Part shown: positions 38,267 to 49,581 of the stretch, in pieces
How the letters are laid out: every line of letters starts with the position of its first letter
How positions within the stretch are numbered: position 1 is the first letter of the stretch
Translations under genes and position numbers: made by a program
The notes under the pieces: model-generated
Databases searched by the model: none
The model's input: only the letters and a program-made list of their open reading frames with translations
Told to the model about the DNA's origin: nothing
Assembly (NCBI GenBank): GCA_000934665.2
Contig: JYFJ02002668.1
Location: 1 to 52,960, forward strand
Reading direction: 5' to 3'
Origin: Catajapyx aquilonaris
Taxonomy: Eukaryota
DNA: 52,960 nucleotides

Positions 38267-39454
38267 TCCCCAAGTTGCAAACAAGCATCTAACAAATCAA
38301 CATGTATAGGTAGACACTGGACTCTAATACTTGTATGAATTTGAGACACCATAATTCAGTTGGTTTTTCCTCCAGAATTAATAATCCAGTTACACTAAAT
38401 TGTTGTTGGTGTCAAATCACTTACTTTTGTTTGGCAGCTTGATTGCAACATGGTCCTCAACAATCCCCTCCTGTTCACACTATTTTACTTTCAAGCAGCA
38501 TTCCTCATAACCATACTTAATGTAGCTAAACACTCACAATACGCAATACACTCACATTCTCATGCCCAGATGCATATAATTCCATGTGTCCATTAAGGGA
38601 ATCTTCCACTTCATTACACGTGTACATGGATGGGATCTCAGTTACGCAGTTAACAATATCAGCCCCTCTTTCTTCATTTCCTTGCAGCGATAATTCAGTC
38701 ATTTCCTGCTTCCAGTTTCCCTGAAGGAAAATTAACTTCATTAGTTTTGTTGTGAAGCATCAAAATGCCTGCATTGCAACAGGGATTAATATTTCAGAGG
38801 GGAAGCCCAGCCATTTTCTTTGAGCAAGCCATACTTCTGTGGAACCTATTATTTTCACTAAACAAGATTTAGAAGTAAAGCTTCGTAAAAAAAAACTGCT
38901 TGGGATACAAATATGGGTCTGTCATACTTGTGCATCTCAAAGGACTAACCCAATGCCTGAAATGCACTATTATGAAAACATGACATTTGCTGGATATACT
39001 ATAAATATCAGAATCTCATAATAATTCCAGGTGAAGCTTACCTCTAACTCTAAAGTGCGGTTTACTATTTCAGGCTCTCCAAAATGTGCTCCAAACATTT
39101 CAAAAGTAGCAGAAGTCTCTTGATATAGATGCTGCTCTGACCGATGATCTTCAATAGTTGCATCAGAGCTTCTTTCACGATGCACTTCTGTAGGGGGCAA
39201 TAAAGAGTAAACGGTATTGTATACTTTACAACAAAGACAATACGGCTTGAATTCCCAACTCTGAGCTACACCTAACCTTCATCATGAGTTGTCTTCCTCT
39301 TCCCTTCCTGTTCCTTCAGGATGAACCCTTCTATCCTGGCCATCCTTTGGTCCATCTCTTCAATGGTCCTCTCAATCCTGTCCGACTGAGCCAGGCTTCG
39401 TTCCAGGAGGGACACAATGTGGGGCAGCAACAAGGTTGTTGGTTGCGTGGCCAT
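37339..39454 (-). CDS. G9: four-exon C2H2 zinc-finger protein (ZF exon 38133-37339)
   Basis: Open exons, six fingers, extended C-terminus. Confidence 0.88.
38233..38262. repeat. (CT)n microsatellite
   Basis: Direct reading. Confidence 0.9.
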
Positions 39455-39971
39455 GTCTCCTCACCAATTCCGACAAGTGGTTCTTCAGCAGGGAATGGAG
39501 ACGAAATGGGGGGAAACGAAGAGATGGGAGCGGAAGAAAGAAGAAGAAAGGAAAAGGAGAGAAAAAAGAGACCTAAACAGACGCCATGTTTGGGCGCATT
39601 CGGATCGACGCCACGTTTCATCCACGGAACTGTTCAAAATTACTCATACTTAAATTTAACATTTTCGCTTCCTTCAGTCATTATATGAGAACAAAAGGCT
39701 GACTCAACCGCTTAAGTACAACAACATAATTGAAGCAAAAAGCATATTCACATAATTATGAAGCAGGTAATAACATGAAATGATTGTGACCTGAAAATAG
39801 GAACCTCGGTGCATGTCACACTTGATTGAGAGTCGTTATGAAAAACAGAAATAGTTTAAACTCTTATCATTGTGGTCTGGAAAAATGCATGACATGTGTA
39901 TTTCAATAGACTAGTTTTCATTGCTGGGAAAGTCCCCCAATACATTATACATCAGCAGGATTGGGCGTGGT

Positions 39972-41941
39972 TCAAGTTGCTGCATGAATACGTTGCACAT
40001 GCTGAGTAAGGCTATGCTGCACGGAGAATTTACTATTGCAAAATTTGCAAGCATATGGCTTTTCTCCTGTATGTTTACGCAAATGCTTAATCAAATCAGA
40101 TTTTCCACTGAAACGGTGATGGCAGAAATGACAACTGAATGGTTTCTCACCTGTGTGGACCATTCTGTGACGCTTCAGATTCTGAGAGTGGCCGAAAGCC
40201 TTCCCACATACCTCACACGGATAGGGTTTTAATCCAAGGTGAACTGCTTTCATATGCGCAGATTGATGATATTTGGTTTTGAATCCGACACCACACAATT
40301 TGCAGTAATATTTTGATTTACTCCCTCCTGAATGGGTCAGCTGATGAGACACAAATTCTACCTTCTCACTGGTAGCATATGAACACAGTTTGCAACAGAA
40401 CGATGCTGGTTTTTTGGCCCATTTCCTTCCCTTTTCTTTCCTTGTGCGTCTTGAAAGGGTCCTCTCAGTCTCATTTGCCTGGAGGAGCTCTGGAGATGCA
40501 CTTCCTTCAGATGATTCTCCCTGCACCACAAAGCTGTTTTGTTGTCCTGACTGAGATGCCTGCATAACCACATCTTCCTGTTCAACTTTCACTACATGCG
40601 ACTTGACACATTCTTCCAGAGCAGATGGAATGTTGAAAGTCTTGTTGCAGATTCCACATTGAAAAGGGTCACCGGATGCCAGCTGGTTCTTTAGATATAT
40701 AAATGGATAAAAATAAGCTACTGACAAAACACCCTTTATCTCCCTAAACCAGCTTGCAAAATTAAGTTGCAAATCGTAAGGCAGAAACCAATCAACATGT
40801 GTAGAGACAATTGGCTATACTCTGTCCAACTCATGTAGGCCAGAGTGGATTGTGATAATTAAGACGAAGTGGATGCTGGATTCAAAACTTATCTGAATTA
40901 GAGACATCTCAATTGTGTTATTTACCTGCCAGAATAAGCCACTTACAATAAATTGTTGGTGCTGTTATATCACTTATTTTTGACAGCTTAACTGTGCCAT
41001 GGTTCTACCTTAACAGTTTTCACAGCCCACAAACCTCCTCCTGTCCACATTATTTTTCTCATGTGTACACTCACATTCTCATGTGCAGACGCATTCAATT
41101 CCTCTTGTCCTTCGAGGTAATCACCCAACTCATTACTCCGATATACAGATGGGTTTTCAGTTTTGCAGTTAACAATATTGGCTCCTCCTCCATTATTTTC
41201 TTCTGTCATTAATTCAGCTGTCTCCTGTTTCCAGTTTTCCTGGAGTAAAATAACTTCATTACATTGCAGCAAAGCATAAGTACTTCAATGGGAAAACCCA
41301 ACCTTTTTCTGTACTAGGTAATCAAATATCAAATCCATTCTCAAAACCTCTTATTTTCACTAAACAAGCTTTAGAATGGTTTAAAGAAAATTTTGGGAAT
41401 CAAAGATGGCTGCGCCATACATAAACACCCCAAAGGCCTAACCCATGGCCTGAAATGCAGCATCATGCGGCACTGACATTTCCTGGAACTACCATAAATT
41501 TCAGAACCTCAGAAAAATTACAGGTGGACCTTACCTCTACATCTGAAGTGCTGTTTACTTGTCCTTCGGCATATCCTAAATTTCCTTCAATAACATCAAA
41601 ACTTGCACAAGTCCCTTGATGTAGAAGCTGGTCTGACTTACAATCTTCTATGGTAATCTCAGAGCTTATTTCATGATGCAGTTCTGTACGGAGTAGAAAG
41701 TAACAGTAATATATGTTCCGCAAATGCATTAATAAGAATCTCTGAATTCAATGCAACCTGCATCAGGCAGTATGTTCCTTCTCCTCCTCTTCCTCCCCAC
41801 ATTCTTCTGTATAAAATCTTCTATCCTAGCCATCCTCCTGTCCATCTCAGCAATGGTCCTCTCAATCCTGTCACTCTGAGCCAGGCTTCGTTCCATGAGG
41901 GACACAATGTGGGACAGCAAGGTTCGTGGTTGGGTGGCCAT
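39972..41941 (-). CDS. G10: four-exon C2H2 zinc-finger protein (ZF exon 40688-39972)
   Basis: Open exons; shortened linker between fingers 2 and 3; exon 1 has an NLS-like GRKRRRR. Confidence 0.88.
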
Positions 41942-42444
41942 GTCTCCTCAACAATTCCACGGACAAGCAGGGCAGTTTGAAAGGAAGGAGAATGTTCAGC
42001 CAGTGTCCAGAGGAAGGGAGGAAACGAAGCGATGGGAGCCGAAGAAAGGAGAAGGCTGGAAAACCATGGAACTAATCAGACGCCATGTTGGGCGCATTCG
42101 GATCGACGCCACGTTGCCTCCTAGGAACTGTTCAAAATGAACCAACGAAGCTGGCTTGAACTTATATCTTTTGCACTGAAAATATAATAACAAGGCATGT
42201 GTATGACACTCGACCTGAGATTTTGAAATAAAACATACTGAACTAACTTATATGTAAAAACTTTTCCTTACAAGAATCTAAATATTAAAACAATTACTTT
42301 ATTTATTTATTTTTTCCTCCTGAGCAGACGAGTATCTCGAAATATGCCTTCCCATACCCTGATATGTTATTCTGTAATGCCATGGAATCTCTCAAAGTAT
42401 TTATTGCTGGGAAATTCGCTCAATACGTCAGGGTTGAGCATGGT

Positions 42445-44356
42445 TCAAGTTGCTCCGTGAATGTGTTGCACATGCGAAGTCATGTTACGCTTGCTGCTGA
42501 ACTTCTGATTGCAAAATGGGCAAGAGTACGGCTTTTCTCCTGTATGTTTATGCAAATGCTGATTCAAATTAGATTTCGTTAAAAAACCTTGAAGACACAG
42601 ATGACAACTGAATGGTTTCTCACCTGTGTGGACTACTCTGTGACGCTTCAGATCATGAGATTTGCTGAAAGCCTTCTCACATACCTCACATTGGTAACGT
42701 TTTAATCCAAGGTGAACAGATTTCCAATGATCTGATAAAGAGTATTTAGTGGTGAAGCTGGTACTGCACAATTTGCAGCAAAATTTTGATTCACTCCCTC
42801 CTGGATGAACCTTACCAGGTGCTGAATGGACCAACTGATGAGAAACAAATTCTACCTTGTCATTGGTAGCATATGAACACATTTTGCAACATAATGAAGC
42901 AGGTTTTTTGGCCCCTTTCTTTCCCTTTCCACCCCTCTTGTATCTTGAAATGGTCCTTTCATTCTCATTTGCCTGGGGATGCTTAGGAGATGCACTTCCT
43001 CCAGATAATTCTCCCTGCAGCTCAAAGTTGTCCTGTTCTCCTGACTGAGAAACCTCCATAACTTCCTCTTCCTGTTTAACTATCACTTCATGGGACTTGA
43101 TGCATTCTTCCAGAGCAGATGGAATGTTGAAAGTCTTGTTGCAGATTCCACATTGAAAAGGGTCCCTGGAAGGCAGCTGGCTCTTTGGATATAAATAGAT
43201 AAAAATCAGTGTCAACCAGCCATGAAAATCCAGAAATAGGCCTACTTCTGTAAATAACTTGCACACTTTATAATAAGAGAGGCCTATCCATCCCCACAAA
43301 GGCAATACACTCACATTCTCATGTCCAGATGCATGCAATTCCACTTGTCTATTGATGGAATCCTCCACTTCATTAATTAGGTGTGGAGATGGGTTTTCAG
43401 TTACACAGTTAACAATAATGGCCCCTATTCCTTCATTTTGTTGGGTCAATAATTCAGTCATATCCTGCTTCCAGTTATCCTGAAGGAAAATGACATCATT
43501 AGTTTTGATGTGAAGCAGCAAAATGCCTTCGTACTGCAACAAGTACTGCACAAGTACTTCACTCCAACGATTTTCCAGGCAATAGTTCTGTAGAATTAAA
43601 TGACAGCCTTAAAGCTCATTCCCAAACCCCCTTCATTTCAGCAAGCCCTTGGTTTTAGTTGGTGTGTTTACATGTAAGTGATTTGATGAGCGAAGTCTTC
43701 TACGAGGGTGAGTAACGCAATAACCAATATTGTTTGCGACGAAAATCGATTGTTAATTTCAGCCTCGGCAGATTTCGCTCATCAATCGCTCCCATGTAAA
43801 AGCACATTTAAGAAGAGGTTTTAATGATCGTGTCACACCTTAACATACACCATATCTCAAATGCCATGACCTGAATTACATCATTATAAGACAGTTACAT
43901 TTGCTGGAAATACCATAAATCTGAAAACCCCAGAAGAAATACAGGTAAACCTTACCTCTAATGTGTTGTTGTGTCCAAAGTTTCCTCCAACAAGATCAAT
44001 AGTTGCACATGTCCGTTGATGTAGATTCAGCTCTGACTGATGATCTTCAATAGTAACATTAGAGCGTCTTTCATGATGCAATTCTGTAGGGAGTAGAGTG
44101 TAACAGAATTGTATATGTTCCCACAAAGGCAACGGCATATAGGGCTTGAAATTCCAACTATGCCTTTCAGCAAACCTTCATCATGTAGAGTCCTTCTCCT
44201 CCTCCTTTCCTGTTCCTTCAGGATGAACCCCTCTATCCTGGCCATCCTCCTGTCCATCTCTGCCATGGTCCTCTCAATCCTGTCCGACTGAGCCAGGCTT
44301 CGTTCCAGGAGGGACACAATGTGGGGCAACAACAAGGTCGGTGGTTGGGTGGCCAT
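42445..44356 (-). CDS. G11: four-exon C2H2 zinc-finger protein (ZF exon 43182-42445)
   Basis: Open exons; the 368-aa ORF reads through exon 3, a 132-nt intron and exon 4. Confidence 0.88.
43661..43806. mobile_element. Short MITE; inverted second copy at 52064-52222
   Basis: Termini GGTGTGTTTACATG / CATGTAAAAGCAC; core CGAAAATCGATTGTTAATTTCAGCCTCGGC is shared in reverse complement with 52100-52135. Confidence 0.7.
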
Positions 44357-45074
44357 GTCTCCTCAACAATTCCGCGAACAAGCAGGGCAGTCTTGAAGTG
44401 GGGAGCCAGTGTCCAGAGGAAACGAAGCGATGGGAGTTCAGAAGAGAGACGAAAGAGAGACAAAAAGGAGAAAAAACCAGAACCAAGAACTACCCAGACG
44501 CCATGTTGGGCGCATTCGGATCGACGCCACGTTGCCTCCAACGATCTGTTCGAAATTGATGAATGGCCGGAACTTTTGCATTTAAAATATAAAATACCTT
44601 GCGCTTCCTACATTAATTTGACTGAAGGAAATTGACCAAAATCAACTGGGTTGAAACTCTTCAATGTGGGCTGGATAGTCCCTGTGAGGTGTATTTCAAT
44701 AATAATAATAAACTTCATACAAGTCATACACAATAACATGCGACATAAGAAACATTAATATACGTGCATAATTCGTAATCACGTCTTATTCCCTCAAGAT
44801 CAGATTGTCCTGGTTTTGCATTTGACTAGCATTCCCCTACATGTGTATGGCATTATGTCATAGATTATAACAAAGGTCATATTGAACTGAACACCTGTCA
44901 AAACTTTCATTTGCAAGAGTTTAAATTAAACAATAACTTATAATTTCCTTCTTCTGAGCAGCAGGACATTGAAGGAGTGAAATATGGTTTCCCTTACTGG
45001 AACAAGTTACACTGTGGCACCATGGAAACTCTTTAAATTATTATTGCCGAGGAAGTCCCCTCGCACCTCAGGAT

Positions 45075-47292
45075 TCAGTGCGTCTGGCTTGCACTTGCTG
45101 CATGAAAACGTCGCATGTGCTTAGTCAAGCTAAACTTCATGGTGAACGTATGATTGCAAAATTGGCAAGAATATGGAACTTGTGTGTGTGTGTGGAAATG
45201 CCTATTCAACTCAGCTTTTTCCCAAAAACATTTAAGGCACACATGACAACTGAATGGTCTCTCACCTGTGTGGATCATGTTGGGTCTATTCCTAGAAGCT
45301 GATCGGCTGAAAGCCATCACACACACTTCACACGTATAAGGCTTTAATCCTAAGTGAACAGCTTTCATATGACCAGACTGACCATATTTGGTTGTGAAGC
45401 TGGCACCACACAATTTGCAGTAAAATTTTGATTTGCCCACTTCCAGGTGGACCTTACCATGTGCAGAATGGACCAACTGATGAGATACTAATTCTACCTT
45501 TTCATTAGTAGCATATGGGCAGACTTCGCAATAGAAGAAATCAGATTTTTTGGCCCCTTTCTTTCCCCTTTGCATCTTAACAGGGTATGCTCAGTCTCAT
45601 TTGCCTGGACATGCTCTGGAGATGCACTTCCTCCAGATTATTCTCCCTGCACCACAAAGCTGTTTTGTTGTTCTGAGTGAGAAGCCTGCATAACCTCCTC
45701 TTCCTGTTCACATCTCACTGTATGCAACTTGACACATTCTTCCAGAGCAGACGGAATGTTGAAAGTCTTGTTGCAGATTCCACATTGAAAAGGGTCCTTG
45801 AAAGGCAGCTGGCTCTTTGGATATAAAAATAAATGGATTCCATTCAGTGCCAAGCAATGCTAAAAACTCACAACAATCCCCACTATGGTCACACTATTTC
45901 TCTTACAATCATCATTACGGGAACAATGCATAATATATTAGTGCAAAGGGAACACACTCACATTCTCATGTCCAGACAGGGACAATTCCGGTTGTCCATA
46001 CAAGGAATACACGACTTCGAGGGATGGGTTTTCAGTTGCACAGAAAACAATATTGGCCCCTCTTCCTTCATTTTGTTCTGTCAATAATTCAGGAATATCT
46101 TGCCTCCAGTTTTCCTATATGGAAAATATAAACTTCACTAGTTTTTGATGTGTAGAAAAAAATGCCTTTCTGTATGCAACAATGAACATGCACATGTGCT
46201 TCATTCCAACAAACCTATGCAAAACGTTTGTAGAATCAAATGTCAGCTTCAAGACTCATTCCCAAAACCACTTCTTTTTCACTAAACAAAGCACTATTAT
46301 TGTTTGGAGATTTTAAGAAACCCAGGAATCACACTGGCTGCGTCATACCTTAATACCCCAAAGGCCTAACTCATTGCCTGAAATGCAGCATGAAGAATAG
46401 CCCATAAACCTCAAATCCTTAGAAGAATTACATGTGACGCTTACCTCCACTTCTAAAGTGTCATTTGGTACTTCAGGCTGTCCAGAGTTTCCTCCAAGAA
46501 GATCAAATCTTGCAGAAGTCCCTTGATGTGGAAGCTGCTCTGACTGACAATCTTCAATAGTAATCGGAGAGATTAGCTCACGTTTCAGTCCTGTAGGGAG
46601 TAGAGGGTAAGACAATTACACATGCTCCCAAAAATGTAATGGACAAAGAAAGGGCTTGAATTTCCATTTTGATTGTAGTTTTATAGGCAGGAAATACTGG
46701 TTTAATATATCTCAAACTTTCTGGTTTCCTTTCTACATTGTGCATTACCAATGAATGGCTAGAATCATTTTTTGATAAGGGTTCCATTAAAAGTAGCCCA
46801 CAAAGAATGAAGCAGAGCAACGAGCCACCTGACCCAGTCTTATGCAGACCCCTGTGAACTTACTTGCTCCCACCCACTGACAAGTGAGTGAAGCTTCCCA
46901 TTAAGCGCTGGTGCTACTTCACAGTTCCCAAGGCGGTCTCGGTGAGTAACTCTGCAAGCGTCTACCTGATCCAGCTGCAATGGAAGGAGTCATCTGCCAG
47001 GAACTGCCCCGGGAACTGTGGAGAAACACTCAGTGTCTAATTGGTGGTCCCTCAGTGTATGGGAGCAAGTAAGCTCACACCAAAGTTGGAGGGAGTGTTG
47101 TTATACCCAACCTGCATCATCAGTCCTCTTCTTCTCTTCCTCCCTCAGGATGAACCCTTCTATCCTGGCCATCCTCCTGGCCATCCTCCTGTCCATCTCT
47201 GCCATGGTCCTCTCAATCCTGTCGGTCTGAGCCAGGCTTCGTTCCAGGAGGGACACAATGTGGGGCAACCAGGTTGGTGGTTAGGTGGCCAT
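45075..47292 (-). pseudogene. G12: zinc-finger pseudogene
   Basis: ATG GCC ACC TAA at codon 4; TAA at 45640-38; frameshift near 45575; finger 4 His to Pro; upstream motif missing; ~0.4-kb foreign insert in intron 1. Confidence 0.9.
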
Positions 47293-47302
47293 GTCATTGG
47301 TT

Positions 47303-48869
47303 TTATTTCTGTGCAATGGCAGGTTCAACGCTCTGTCCAGTCAGCGATGCCAACTTGGCCTTACGAATTGCTATTTGTAAGCGAAGCGATTCTGCTTGCA
47401 GGTCGTGCTCTCGCTCCATAGCGGCCATCTTGAAGTCATGTTCCTTTTGCCTGCACTCTGCCATGACCTCATAGTATTTGGTCTCGGCCTGCGAGCAGCA
47501 CCCAAGACCTTTCGTTGTGTCTGTCCGCAGCTCTGTTGCTGATGCTACAATCCGAGGCCGGCGGCGGTGTACTGGACCTGCCTTCCATTTCTTGGTCACT
47601 GGCAAGGAGGCTGCTGTTGTTGCTGTGGCTGAAGTTGCTGCGGCGGAAGTTGCTGTGGCTGTCACAGCTGCAGGTGCCTTCGAGGAGCTCTTGTTGGCAG
47701 GTGTCCCAGCATTTACAAACTAATCACAAGAGGTTCACGGGAACACAAATGAGACACATGTATCGTAATGTGCAAGTGCATGCATGCCGAGCTTTCGCTA
47801 CAAGTGAATTTGGCGGCAGTCAAATCCCATGCAGACGTCAGATCATTACGTCATGGACCAATTCGGCCAATGATATGGCTTTCAGATTTGCCGATTTGAC
47901 ACAGACACTGGGGAGATCACCATGGGAGACTGGCGCTACAATGCACATGAACTAACTTCACTCGTTCAGTAGCAAGAGAATAGGCCAACACACGCTGCCA
48001 TGGATGTGAGGAAGACTTACGAGCAATTTTTTATTACACCTCGAGGGATGGTCCCATGGCAAGAGAAATTTATTGTGTAAGTTTCATGACTCTGTTGGCC
48101 TGCATTTTAACCCTGGAACCGGGCCGTGGGGTCTTTTCGAACCCCACACCATATTTTAATTTTTATTAATTTTTATATAATACTTTTCAATGTATTGACT
48201 ACATACAATCATTCTTTGAACAATGCCTAAAATGATAGCTAATTCAAAATAAACCTGCGCTTCCTGTTATATACTTTTTTAAAATGGCAAACAGTTCATT
48301 GTAATTGTAATTTCAACGCATTTTAATTCCATTGGGGTCCGAAAAGACCCCACGGCACGGTTCCAGGGTTAACATGGTATGAGCCTTTCCCGTAACATTA
48401 TGTATCCTAATTAATAAATTAAAGATTATTTACAAAAGCTTTAATTGTTTGTATGCCGTACCTGGTAATTTCCTAATTGGCTTGCTTTGGCCTCCATGTG
48501 CGGCAAGAAAAAGCTCGCAAGCCCATACCACCAGGGCCGCGTCATTCTGGATGATGCATCAGCAGGGCCGCCTCCGCTCTTCTTCCCCCGGCTGGCGGCC
48601 AGGCAGCGGGCGAGTTGCGAGCGCAGAGTCTTGATCTTCTTGCGGACATCGTCCACCGTGGTACCCGGCCTCACATCCTGCAGGCCCTCGGCAACCAACC
48701 CCAGGTTTCGGGCCGTGAGGTCGCGGTTATGGTAGTTCGGGTCCCTGACCGAGTAAAGCTGGGGGTAGCAATCGTACAGCTCCAGCAGGGTCTCCACGGC
48801 CTCCTCTCTCCATGTCTTTCCCTCTCCGCACGCACCTTTCGCAACCTTGCCTTTCGCCTCGTTCGCCAT
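47303..48869 (-). CDS. MADF (Myb/SANT-like) domain protein with C-terminal coiled coil, 2 exons (48869-48462, 47719-47303), 274 aa; resembles PIF/Harbinger accessory proteins
   Basis: WREEAVETLLELYDCYPQLYSVRDPNYHNRD...VDDVRKKIKTLRSQL...KKSG...PWWY is a MADF pattern; CAG|GTACGG donor and attag|TTT acceptor are both phase 0; GC-rich relative to flanks. Confidence 0.82.
48111..48368. mobile_element. piggyBac-like MITE in the MADF gene intron
   Basis: 36-bp TIR CCCTGGAACCG.GCCGTGGGGTCTTTTCG.ACCCCA (2 mismatches); TTAA on both sides. Confidence 0.9.
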
Positions 48870-48976
48870 CTTTGCTTTGGTTGAAAGAAGGAATTCCGCG
48901 TCCGCCCCTTTCGCCCAGCCCCCCAAATCACCTACTGCGCATGCTCCCAGGACTCTTTGAGGCTCGGTAGGCAAAA

Positions 48977-49015
48977 AAACAAACAAACAAACAAACAAAC
49001 AAACAAACAAACAAA
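48977..49015. repeat. (AAAC)n microsatellite
   Basis: Direct reading. Confidence 0.9.
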
Positions 49016-49581
49016 AAACCAAAAAAAAAACCACATTATTCAGACATTATTCAGATCTTTAGATCATAGATCCCATGAAAAAAGTATCTAGATACAAGTA
49101 CAGATATCCATGCCAGATGTATTTTTCAATAATAAGAATAAATTCCACACAAATCATTACAAAATATCTGCTGAGAATTTATATGTTCTCATGGGCAAAA
49201 TATAACATATCAGAAACATTTATATACACCTGACTTTAACTAGTCTTCCCCCAAGGTCGGCTTCTCCTGGTCCTGTACTTCACTAGCATTCTCTTGGATG
49301 TGCATGGCCGTGCATGGCATATGTAGCGATTTTAACATAGGCCATTATACGAACTGAAAACGCACATGTCATGCTTGCAACAGTTACAACAAATCAATAA
49401 TAATTACAAGTTGCTTCTCCTGAGCAGTAGCAGCAGTGAAATGTGCTTGCCAATAATATACAGAGAAAAAAAGTTATCCTGTCACTCAAAGTTTTTCTTG
49501 CTGGGCTTGCAGCTGCTGCATGAATATGTCGCACATTCTATTATATAATCAGGCTGTACGTCCTTCGCATAGAACAAATAA

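Noticed and set aside
7918..44551. Regularly recurring ~55-bp motif suggesting a CRISPR-like or ncRNA array
   Set aside because: Spacing is 2.4-9 kb and the intervening DNA is paralogous gene sequence; it is part of the duplicated gene unit.
8462..45302. Many plus-strand and alternative-frame ORFs overlapping the ZF and exon-1 regions (e.g. 14471-14719, 17170-17547)
   Set aside because: Antisense or off-frame shadows of the conserved minus-strand exons; no independent protein features.
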